A stretch of DNA of 64,000 nucleotides from Sedimentisphaerales bacterium (lineage in GTDB: Bacteria > Planctomycetota > Phycisphaerae > Sedimentisphaerales > SM23-30). The stretch covers positions 32,001 through 96,000 of the forward strand of contig CAXXFK010000010.1 in assembly GCA_963663965.2 (NCBI GenBank), read 5' to 3'. A program made the translations under genes and the position numbers. Each line of letters starts with the position of its first letter. The stretch's first letter is position 1. This document shows, one piece after another, positions 42,701 to 50,394 of this stretch. The notes below the pieces were generated by a model. The model was given only the letters and a program-made list of their open reading frames with translations. It was not told the origin of the DNA and ran no database searches.

Positions 42701-44289
42701 TCAATAATACCCCAATCTACATTATGTCCACAAAGCCCTCCCAAATTTTGTATTCCTGATACACGAGCCGTTGAATAACATTGAGTAATAGTTCCATTAT
42801 TTCCACCAATCAAACCGCCTACGGGGTATGTGCCAGATACTGTTCCGCTTGAATAACATTGATCAATGTTGCCCTTTTCATTCCATCCACAAATCCCTCC
42901 TGCATACATGCCATTGATTACTCCACCTGTTACATAAACATCCGCTGAACTCTGGTAGATAGTTGCGTTCCAGTTATAACCACATAATCCCCCAACATAG
43001 TCACCATCTCCGATAAATTGCCCAGAAGCATAACAATATCTTATGACACCTTCACTTATTCCACATATTCCTCCGATATAACTTTTGCCTCTTATGGATA
43101 CATTTTCTAAAATAATGTTTTTAATTTGTCCACCTGTTTTTATGTAACCAACAAAACCAAGAAAATCATTTATTTCTCCGCTAATAGTTAAGTTGGTTAT
43201 TTCAAAACCACTGCCATCAAAAAATCCATAAAAAGGGGTTCCTTGAAAACCGCTGGTGGATGGATCGGTATCTTGTGCGATTAATGCTCTGAATAAAGTA
43301 TTTCCAGACATGTTAATATTTTTAATCAACTTGAAGTATTTTCCATAATGATGAATATTATCCCCCATTGCAATCAAATCCGCTGCCGTTGCAATCTGAT
43401 AAGGATCGGCTTCAGTCCCGCTACCGCCTGAATACTCGTAGGGTTTCTCATCAGTTTTGGGGTACAAAGCAATTCCCCAGGCATTACCATCACCAAGCCC
43501 TGAGACAATTGATTGCATATTATGACCATTAAGATCACATTTTAAAATGCTGCCATCATGTGTGGCAAAATAAATTTTATTATCGAATACATCTAGCGTC
43601 AGATTATAAGCATCACCCGGGTAATCAACTATATATTCAGGATTGCTACCATCTAAATCAGCCCTACCAATTTTATGACTCCCACATTCAGTCCAATATA
43701 ATTTGTTGTAAAATAAATCTAATTGGATATCTCCTAAATTACCAGAAGATGTGTCAATCGATATGAAATCTTCCATATCGCTTCCATCAAGATTAGCTCG
43801 TTGAATTGTGCTTGTAATTTGCTCAACCCAGTATATTTTTCCATTAGACACATCAAGAGCCAATCCCACAGGACTTGGTATGTCATGAATTATAATTTTA
43901 ATATCGGAGCCATCAAGATTAGCTGATCTGATGACTCCACCAAAGGGATCTGTCCAGTACAATCTTCTTCCGATCACATCAATTTCAATTCCCCATACGT
44001 ACGAGCTATCATTTATAATACAATTGACACCGGAGCCATCTAAATTTGCTTGATATATTTCACCAGCAAAAAGGCCCCAATAAATTTTTTGCCCAATGGA
44101 GTCAATTTCTATATCACTCGATGTTGCTGAAGGTGCAACAGATACTATTTGCTCTAAATTTGAACCGTCCGTGTTACATCTCATAACATTTCCACCACCA
44201 TAACCACTGGTAAAATATACTTTTTCTTCACCCAAAGCATAATTGACAAGAATTAAACCAACCGCTATTAATGATAATTTCTTAACCAT
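39730..44289 (-). CDS. Secreted protein: YWTD/LDL-receptor class B-like beta-propeller, three GLUG modules, dockerin-like tag
   Basis: KIYW/RLYWTD/KIYWVE/KLYWTE...R(A/S)xLDGS repeats; three YSGGSGTxx(D/E)PYQIAT modules; GDTTGSYGVNMEDYEAISNQWL. Confidence 0.88.
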   Translation of the reverse strand: MVKKLSLIAVGLILVNYALGEEKVYFTSGYGGGNVMRCNTDGSNLEQIVSVAPSATSSDIEIDSIGQKIYWGLFAGEIYQANLDGSGVNCIINDSSYVWGIEIDVIGRRLYWTDPFGGVIRSANLDGSDIKIIIHDIPSPVGLALDVSNGKIYWVEQITSTIQRANLDGSDMEDFISIDTSSGNLGDIQLDLFYNKLYWTECGSHKIGRADLDGSNPEYIVDYPGDAYNLTLDVFDNKIYFATHDGSILKCDLNGHNMQSIVSGLGDGNAWGIALYPKTDEKPYEYSGGSGTEADPYQIATAADLIAMGDNIHHYGKYFKLIKNINMSGNTLFRALIAQDTDPSTSGFQGTPFYGFFDGSGFEITNLTISGEINDFLGFVGYIKTGGQIKNIILENVSIRGKSYIGGICGISEGVIRYCYASGQFIGDGDYVGGLCGYNWNATIYQSSADVYVTGGVINGMYAGGICGWNEKGNIDQCYSSGTVSGTYPVGGLIGGNNGTITQCYSTARVSGIQNLGGLCGHNVDWGIIENSFWDLETSNQSFSAGGTGKTTEEMQDIQTFVAAGWDFSESDGDPADWYMPFNGYPKLSWEPIKQKYSGGSGTEIEPYQIATAEDLVSIGGNIGDYDKYFVLTADIDLSEYTFDRAIIAPDMDNGDHDYNGLPFSGQINGNEHAISNIFIDNNSGTYLGLIGQLGSNGKLMNLKMVDCQIIGRNYLGSLAGRNLGTIEGCGSSGYILGTGDYGYGTGGLVGRNDSVIKSCQAAMAIEGGRNVGGLVGFNEGPNGLIVYCSTEGTVTGNNDNTGGLVGYNCGQIKDSYSLSEIHGLQASGGLVGQNYINSKIEFCYASGNVYGSLSVGGLIGYSECGSIISCFASGNVTGDGSSIGGLIGYSERSNITRCFAEGNVVARENKNAGGLCGRSIGGEILSCYASGEVSGISNVGGLCGENSALITKCYAKANVTGTVDSIGGFCGRHYEGYIFNCYSVGLITGGLSSSIGGFCGSISSGGIDDCYWDIDTSGYSESNGGTGKTTAELKSIDTYLSNGWDFSDIDGDQADWRMPNNDYPKLAWEAIVIKYSGGSGTKVDPYQIATEQDVLTLGQGSGDYDKHFVLMNDIHLSGLDHETALVASDSSSSSGFQGTAFTGSFDGQGHSIIGLTIDGVAEGNDYLGLFGYVGTGGIVKNLQLVDCSVAGDDNISCLAGMVYGSIENCTVQGTLTGDDYIGGITSYKVYGNVRKCWADVSIHTGDYAYYIGGLVGQTVSSTITDCTVQVAITCPKQADWVGGLVGGNTNSQIAQCGSNGTISTNDMCDNLGGLVGINYGGTIKESYSTVDLSCSGDCWFIGGLVGNNTYYSANHRLSSIVDCYAQGNISGRQMLGGLVGSNEYGCQMINCYSTGSVTGSVGGGLAAYNISESGDTCFWDMQSSGMTYSGAGTGLLTETMQDKATFTGAGWDFENIWHMPYQASGYPMLWWQRDIPGDTTGSYGVNMEDYEAISNQWLIPDGADITEIIQLSEYWLAR

Positions 44290-44634
44290 GATCCGGCTCC
44301 TTTATGAGAAAATCGATAAACTTTCCAGCAATCTACCCAATTGCAATGATTGCATCTATTTCATCATACCCATTCCGGCCTATTAAATCAATCGTGGTAA
44401 CTACGGTATATCTGCATTTTTTTTAACCTCCTGTTCTGGGGGCAGATGAGATCGGTTCCCGTATGTCTAGTTTGATAAAATGGCGGTAAGACCTTTTCGG
44501 GATTTAGGTTATGGCGATATTTTTTCGTGTTGGCTTCGTTTGGTTTTGGGTTGGTAATCGCTGTGCTCATGGTTTTTTTCCTTTTTCTTTTATGAGAAAT
44601 ACTGTCAGTGGCGCCTTGGGGAGGCGATAGTTAA

Positions 44635-44661
44635 AAGTAGCAAGTAGGAAGTAGCAAGTAG
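44635..44661 (+). repeat. Heptamer tandem repeat (AAGTAGN)x4
   Basis: AAGTAGc AAGTAGg AAGTAGc AAGTAG. Confidence 0.8.
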
Positions 44662-44850
44662 TATATTTTTCACGCCAATAAATTGGTGGGTTATTCACGG
44701 TTATCTCCTTCTAAGGCGGTCCTTCGGCCTTTGGGGTATTATTGGTATCCGCCGGGGGGCGGATGGTCAGTTTTATCTATCGCTTCAGAGCAATATTCTG
44801 GCGGATCGCCTCTGCGAGGCGTGATAAAAAATTTTCAAATTCATGTTCGT

Positions 44851-44926
44851 TACCCAGGGTGGCGCTCGTCCCGATGGATCGGGATTCGCTCTACCCTGGG
44901 CTATTTTATACCAGCCCGTTGGGCTG
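44851..44926. repeat. Two-hairpin REP-like element with an internal TCCCGAT..ATCGGGA palindrome
   Basis: ACCCAGGGT(44852)...ACCCTGGGC(44893), followed by CAGCCC-GTT-GGGCTG(44912); TCCCGATGGATCGGGA at 44869-44884 in the loop. Confidence 0.7.
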
Positions 44927-45077
44927 CTTTGGGTCTCCGTCCTCCTGAGGCGGACCTTCGGCCTATGTCGGATGGTTTTTTTATTTTTCGTTAAGCTCAA
45001 TTCTTTGTTGAGGTTATGGCAATATTTATGGGTATTGGGTTTGTTTCGCGCCAGGTCATGATGGTTGGTGGTTGATG

Positions 45078-45863
45078 TCAGTAGTGACGGCATTGGAGGG
45101 TGGTGTCGGCTGGGGTGTTCTGGGAATTTTCTGCCGGCGTGAATGGTTTTAAGTCATTGTTATAATTGTGGTTATAGTCGTGATTATTGGTGTTGGGTTC
45201 GTTTGGCGCTGGGGGATAGTTGGAGTGGTTGGGGGCGTATCGATGGGGTTTTTGGTTCAAAGGATCGGGATGAGATTCGTAGCGTTCGTAGCTGGAAGTG
45301 TGGTGGTAGTTATGGGTTGGATTGTTTGTTTCTAAGTTTTTGTTATTATTTGTTTTATGGTTGAATTTGCCGACTTTGGGTTCGTTTGGTATTGGTGTGG
45401 TTTCGGGTTGTTGGCCTGGTTCGGGGGTGGCGTTGGGGTCGCATTGGATGGCGGGGGTGATCTGGTAGCCGGCTTCGAAGAGGATTTCTTTGGATTGCTG
45501 GATGATCTGCTGGTATTCCAGGTCGGTGGGCGGGCCATCGGGGAGGCAATCTTTGAAGGAGTTGGAAACGGTGATAAACTGACGGATGAGTTGGGCAGTA
45601 GCGCGGCGGGCGGTGACGTTGTTGTCGGAGCGGGACTGGACGACGAGGCGTTGGAGGGCCTGGTGGCCGGCGCGGGTGGCGCGGAGTTTGTAGTCGCGGC
45701 GGTCGTAGGTGATGAGGCCGGCCAGTTCGCAGTGGTAGGAGTGGGTGTCGATGATATATTGATGCTGGCGGCGGGTGGTGTTGATGGTGGCGAGGAACAT
45801 GTCATCGATTTCGGGGCGGTGGTAGTATTGGGCGCGGGCGAGAATTTGCATGGAACGATTCAT
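45078..45863 (-). CDS. Hypothetical protein, helical N-terminus and Asn/His/Pro-rich C-terminus
   Basis: Strong AAGGAGG RBS; C-terminal part overlaps two copies of the 57-bp motif, giving PNEP(K/N)...(H/Y)(K/N)...L peptides. Confidence 0.65.
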   Translation of the reverse strand: MNRSMQILARAQYYHRPEIDDMFLATINTTRRQHQYIIDTHSYHCELAGLITYDRRDYKLRATRAGHQALQRLVVQSRSDNNVTARRATAQLIRQFITVSNSFKDCLPDGPPTDLEYQQIIQQSKEILFEAGYQITPAIQCDPNATPEPGQQPETTPIPNEPKVGKFNHKTNNNKNLETNNPTHNYHHTSSYERYESHPDPLNQKPHRYAPNHSNYPPAPNEPNTNNHDYNHNYNNDLKPFTPAENSQNTPADTTLQCRHY

Positions 45864-45999
45864 GGGAGCCTCCTTTAAACCTTAATAATGTTTTGTGTTT
45901 GACCGTTGGCGGCCGACTGTTGGGATTATAGGTTGCATTTCAATAATAGTCAAATAAATAATAATATTAATTGCAATAAATACATAATATAAGAAAATT

Positions 46000-46462
46000 T
46001 CACCGTGAAGTAAGTGAAGGGAGTGAAGAAACAGCCGGAGAGATAAGAAATATATAACGGCCGATAAAACCGCAGATCCCGATGTACATCGGGACAGATA
46101 GACGCAGATAAAAACTTAGTTAAGTTGTTAAAATATAAGAAGATAGAACCACGGAAAAACGCGGAAAGACACGGAAGGAAATCAGGGATAAGAAGTTGAA
46201 ATCAAAGAAGATGGAACTATAGAAAGGGGCGAAAATAAAGAGTGGCGGGGCCACGAGTTAAATTTTTTAAAGGCAGGGGTTAACCACGGAGCCGTCCTCC
46301 TGAGGCGGATCTTCGACCTTCGGCTACACGAAGGGCGCCTGCGGCGCTGCACGAAGGATAAAAAAAATATAACGGCCAATTTAACTCCGCCACGGCGGAT
46401 CTTCGACGCAGATGGACGAAGACAAAATAGACTTAAGTTATTAATATATAATATGATAGAAC
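46000..46462 (+). repeat. Array of short triple repeats with hairpin inserts, including a degenerate direct repeat of about 97 bp
   Basis: GTGAAG x3 (period 9), CAGAT x3, RCGGAA x3 (period 10), CACG(G/A)AG x3; ATATAACGGCC...GATAGAAC at 46052-46149 and 46367-46462. Confidence 0.75.
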
Positions 46463-46503
46463 TATTATAATTACCAAATTCACTAAAAATCTAAAAAAAA
46501 TAA

Positions 46504-46553
46504 TTGCCCTAACTTATTTTTGTGTTATATTTGTACTAGTAGTAATAATACAA
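46504..46553 (+). promoter_or_regulatory. Promoter with overlapping YtrA-type operator
   Basis: TTGCCC...TGtTATATT (46504-46531); inverted repeat TTGTA-N13-TACAA (46531-46553) matches the TGTA-N13-TACA architecture of YtrA-subfamily operators. Confidence 0.72.
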
Positions 46554-46571
46554 TCATTCAGGTTCTAAGTC

Positions 46572-46979
46572 ATGCATATACAAATAAACCACGCCAGTGA
46601 TCGATCGGTCTACCAACAGATCATCGATCATATCAAAAAAGAAATCGCCCTGGGGCGGTTGCGAGTGGATGATCGGTTACCGACGGTTCGACAGTTGGCG
46701 GCCGATCTGGTCATCAATCCCAATACAATCGCCAAGGCCTATCGTCAATTGGAGCAGGACAATATCATCACCACCCGGGCCGGGGCCGGGGCCTTTGTGG
46801 CACCGATTCAATCGCCTTTGAGTCTGGAGGTGCGCGAAAACTATATCTGTCATGAGTTGGAGCGCGTTACCGTTGACGCGATCCACATGCAAATCGGCAA
46901 GTCTCAATTTCGTCAATGGTTCGATCGCATTGTCGATCTTTTTCAATTCGGCCCGGTAGCTGGAGTCAGTCATGAGTGA
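46572..46979 (+). CDS. ytrA: GntR-family regulator, YtrA subfamily
   Basis: VYQQIIDHIK...LPTVRQLAADLVINPNTIAKAYRQLE...GAGAFV; short C-terminus; coupled to an ABC ATPase. Confidence 0.92.
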   Translation: MHIQINHASDRSVYQQIIDHIKKEIALGRLRVDDRLPTVRQLAADLVINPNTIAKAYRQLEQDNIITTRAGAGAFVAPIQSPLSLEVRENYICHELERVTVDAIHMQIGKSQFRQWFDRIVDLFQFGPVAGVSHE

Positions 46980-47919
46980 ATCTGTCATCGAAATCCGGAA
47001 TTTAGTCAAATTTTACGGCGGCCGCAGGATCCTGAACCGCATCAACCTGCAAATCCCGCGAGGCTGTATCTATGGCCTGCTGGGACCGAATGGGGTTGGT
47101 AAAACCACCCTGATTCGCATTCTCATGGGATTGGAACCCATTACCCGCGGAGAGGTGCGGATCTTTGGCAAAGATTGCCATCGACTGACCACCGGCGAAA
47201 AGGGCCGCATCGGTTACGTGGCGGAAGGCCACCATTTAATCCAGGGCTATACCGTTCAACAACTGATCAAACTGACCCGGGGCCTGGCCCGCCAATGGAA
47301 CACTCAATTTTTCGGCCATCTGATGGACCTGTTCAAATTGCCGATGGACCGTAAAATCAAGAAGCTGTCCGCCGGGATGCGCGCCAAACTCAACCTGGCG
47401 CTGGCCATGGCCCAGGATCCGGAACTTCTAATACTGGATGATCCTACGCTGGGTCTGGATACCATCGCGCGGCGCCAGTTTCTGGAACTGGCGATCGACC
47501 TGATCCAGAAAGAAGGCCGCACCATCCTGTTCAGCTCTCATATCCTCAGCGATGTGGAGCGGATCGCCGATCATATCGGGCTGCTGGTCGGTGGTGAAAT
47601 GGTGATCGATCATACCCTGGAGGGTCTCAAGCAGAATGTTCGCAAGATACGGATTCTGTTTGCCGATGCGCCGCCGGAGGATCTGCTCTTTAAAGATATT
47701 ATCCGCCAGGAATCCCGCGGCCGCGAGATTATTATCACCGCCGCCAACTGGAACGCTCAAAAAGAAAAAATGCTGGCCACCTTCCAGCCGGAATCGTACC
47801 AGGAGATCCCCATGACCCTGGAGGATATCTTTATCGACTGCCTGCATAACGGCCCAACAGTCCAACTGCAAGATGAACCTTTCAATTCGCCCGCCGGCGA
47901 GGAGGTTGCCTCATGTTAG
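46972..47919 (+). CDS. ABC exporter ATP-binding protein (YtrB-like)
   Basis: GPNGVGKTT, LSAGM, LILDDPTLGLD, FSSH; note Walker B LDDP rather than LDEP. Confidence 0.92.
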   Translation: MSESVIEIRNLVKFYGGRRILNRINLQIPRGCIYGLLGPNGVGKTTLIRILMGLEPITRGEVRIFGKDCHRLTTGEKGRIGYVAEGHHLIQGYTVQQLIKLTRGLARQWNTQFFGHLMDLFKLPMDRKIKKLSAGMRAKLNLALAMAQDPELLILDDPTLGLDTIARRQFLELAIDLIQKEGRTILFSSHILSDVERIADHIGLLVGGEMVIDHTLEGLKQNVRKIRILFADAPPEDLLFKDIIRQESRGREIIITAANWNAQKEKMLATFQPESYQEIPMTLEDIFIDCLHNGPTVQLQDEPFNSPAGEEVASC

Positions 47920-48563
47920 CCATTATAAGAAACGAGTTTCGAGAAATCCGGATCCTGGGCGGACTACTCGCGATTGTGCCCCTCATTCACATCATTATTC
48001 TCAGTATCTGGATATGGGATCAGACACGGTTTCAACCCTCGCTGGACAATAATCTATTTGAAGCACAGATCATCATATCGGTAACCGCTTTTATTTACAT
48101 GCCCCTGATCGCCGCCGTTATCGGCTGCGGCCAGATTCTCAATGACCGCCTCCGAAAGATTTCGACGTTTCTGGCGACCCAGGCAATTACCCGCGACCAG
48201 ATTTTCTGGGGACGTATGATTACCGGATTATGCTACCTTTTTTTACTATTGGTTCTGATCAGATGCTTCCAGTTTATTCTGATCCATACCTGCCTGGTAC
48301 CGGACCCAGCTTTAAACCGGCTGATCTCCCGCATGTCAACCTTAACCATTTTAATGACGATCACGAGTTATTGTCTGGGTATTCTGGCAGGATTGCATCG
48401 CTCTAAATTGTGCGGTCCTTTCCTGGCCTGGGGCGTGCTGGTCTTTCTGTTCGCGATCGCCTCAATCTATGGCCCTGGAATCACGTCTTATGTCCTGCTG
48501 AGTATCGTTACCTATGCGCTGGCCGGACGCAGCTGGCAAAAATTTCGAACGATCCCTTTATAA
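47913..48563 (+). CDS. ABC-2 type permease-like membrane protein
   Basis: About six hydrophobic segments; IIRNEFRE start; FLATQAITRDQIFWGR motif. Confidence 0.78.
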   Translation: MLAIIRNEFREIRILGGLLAIVPLIHIIILSIWIWDQTRFQPSLDNNLFEAQIIISVTAFIYMPLIAAVIGCGQILNDRLRKISTFLATQAITRDQIFWGRMITGLCYLFLLLVLIRCFQFILIHTCLVPDPALNRLISRMSTLTILMTITSYCLGILAGLHRSKLCGPFLAWGVLVFLFAIASIYGPGITSYVLLSIVTYALAGRSWQKFRTIPL

Positions 48564-48582
48564 CCGATAAGGAGCGCCTCCC

Positions 48583-50235
48583 ATGTGGAACCGCCTGATA
48601 CCATTACGCTTGATTTGTACCGGTCTGCTGGTTTTTTTAAGCATCGTCACCCTGTTAACGATGATAAGAAAAAACAGTTTTACCAACACTAACATTTTGA
48701 CATCCAACCTGAACAGGGCAACCATTGACATTTCCAGTCTGATCGATCAAACCGATCAATTGAAAAACATCGCCTCTCCTCCGAATGTTTCTTTAAGGAT
48801 CTATGACGATCTTGACTTACTCAGTTATAAAATCACTGAGTTGGATGTGGTTGACAATCAATATTACTCCCTTTTTCCCAACCGGATCGATTCGGAATTC
48901 AACAACGTTCTGCCCTCACAGGTCATTTATTATGATGACAACATTCGCTGTTATGTGATCCGTTACTTTACCCATCGAGACGGCGAACTCGAAATTACCA
49001 AAACAACATTTATTGGCCCGAAAGGACTGGCTGACACCACTTCGGAGTTCAGCAGGATTGGCCAATTTCAAAATCCGGACAGTCGGGTGATTTTCTCGAA
49101 ATCCGGTCAGAATATATTCCTGATTCATGACCGTAACCTGCAGCAGTTTTTTAAATTATCTCTGACGGACCGGTCATTTATGCCAGGGCCGAAACTGGAT
49201 CGCCCCTGTATTGATTTTCATACGATCCGACACGGCTATGGCATGCATATCGAATATAATCCAGCACAAACGATCCACTCGAATGACCAATCGTACTATC
49301 CTGCCGATGTGTCTCCGGTAATACCAGAAAGCATACAGCCAATGTCGGGTGAGCAGACCGTCAGAACAAGATTATTGAACAGGTTTGCCGATTTCATTGT
49401 AACGGATAACCAGTTCTGGACTCCGGCTATGGATAACCAAGGCGATATCTTTCAGCTCGATCTGAATACGTTGACTCTGACGACAATAATAGGAACCATA
49501 AATCTCGCGGGCATTTCTGATTGCGAAAAAGAACTGTTAAGCTGGCAGGCCCAGTATTTTTTTGAAGAAGATCGGTTTAGAGGTATGGTCACCGCATATC
49601 TGGACCGAACCGGGATCGCATCAAGCCTGCAAGTCTTTGACCCTGAAGGGCGAATTATTGATGATGGCAAAGGCCGACTTGCCAATGAACTGCTCTACTC
49701 CTATGACGCCAGCCCCGAATCAGCAATTTTATGCGGTATCACCCTCATCACAGAAAGCCTGATCCCCCCGCTCCTGTCATGGCTCAATGCTTTTGTAGAG
49801 GGTTCCGGCGATGCCATTGCCGCCCGGCAATCGATATTCCTTATGCCGGACAGTATGATCAAGACGATCGTCAGCCATGAAACCAATGAGATCGGGGAGT
49901 ATGTCTGGTTCATTTTTCTGGCTTATGGCCCGGCCCTATTGATTAGTTTTCTGATGGGATTAACCGTATGGTTCAGCGCCAGGCGAAAAAATCTATCCAA
50001 ACAGGCATCGCTCGGCTGGCTGCTGGCTTGTACCTGGTTGGGATTGCCCGCTTTTTTAACCTACTGGTTTACCCGAAACGAAACTCCCCGGGTAACCTGC
50101 ATCAATTGCGGCCGGTTGCGTCTGGTCGATCTGGAACGATGTCAATATTGTGAGGCGGTCTGGGAACCGGCTGAATTACAGGCACCGCTCTGGCGAATCA
50201 TAGACAAGGATCAACCAAAGCTGGAAACAACCTGA
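48583..50235 (+). CDS. Membrane protein with large extracytoplasmic domain and C-terminal CxxC-CxxC zinc ribbon
   Basis: N-terminal TM, C-terminal TMs, CINCG...CQYC; last gene of the ytrA operon. Confidence 0.7.
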   Translation: MWNRLIPLRLICTGLLVFLSIVTLLTMIRKNSFTNTNILTSNLNRATIDISSLIDQTDQLKNIASPPNVSLRIYDDLDLLSYKITELDVVDNQYYSLFPNRIDSEFNNVLPSQVIYYDDNIRCYVIRYFTHRDGELEITKTTFIGPKGLADTTSEFSRIGQFQNPDSRVIFSKSGQNIFLIHDRNLQQFFKLSLTDRSFMPGPKLDRPCIDFHTIRHGYGMHIEYNPAQTIHSNDQSYYPADVSPVIPESIQPMSGEQTVRTRLLNRFADFIVTDNQFWTPAMDNQGDIFQLDLNTLTLTTIIGTINLAGISDCEKELLSWQAQYFFEEDRFRGMVTAYLDRTGIASSLQVFDPEGRIIDDGKGRLANELLYSYDASPESAILCGITLITESLIPPLLSWLNAFVEGSGDAIAARQSIFLMPDSMIKTIVSHETNEIGEYVWFIFLAYGPALLISFLMGLTVWFSARRKNLSKQASLGWLLACTWLGLPAFLTYWFTRNETPRVTCINCGRLRLVDLERCQYCEAVWEPAELQAPLWRIIDKDQPKLETT

Positions 50236-50394
50236 CCGAACTATTCTGAGCGATCATAGCTTTCCAAAATCCCGCCTGTCCGTTTCTATTGAATCTGTTT
50301 TTAATAGTACTCGGAGAGATTCTGTCCATACTTTTAAGATACGATCAAAGTATATAAATTTGCCGACTACCCAATTTATAAAAAGGAAAACATT

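Larger units (their letters stand above)
44487..45389 (+). repeat. Four same-orientation copies of a 57-bp bipartite motif TAAG-N17-KTTAT-N17-TTGGSTTYGTTTSG
   Basis: Copies at 44487-44543, 44992-45048, 45150-45206 and 45333-45389; both spacers are exactly 17 nt in all four, with divergent spacer sequence. Confidence 0.85.

Noticed and set aside
22460..44289. Diversity-generating retroelement acting on the GLUG repeats or shared C-termini
   Set aside because: No reverse transcriptase in the window; differences between similar blocks involve all bases and many synonymous positions rather than being adenine-specific.
44388..45093. Short ORFs 44388-44570 and 44785-45093 as real genes
   Set aside because: Their peptides are largely translations of the DNA repeats and hairpins. 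The first has a plausible RBS, so it is not excluded, but there is too little support to call it.
44400..46470. CRISPR array
   Set aside because: Repeats are degenerate, irregularly spaced and of several kinds; no cas genes.
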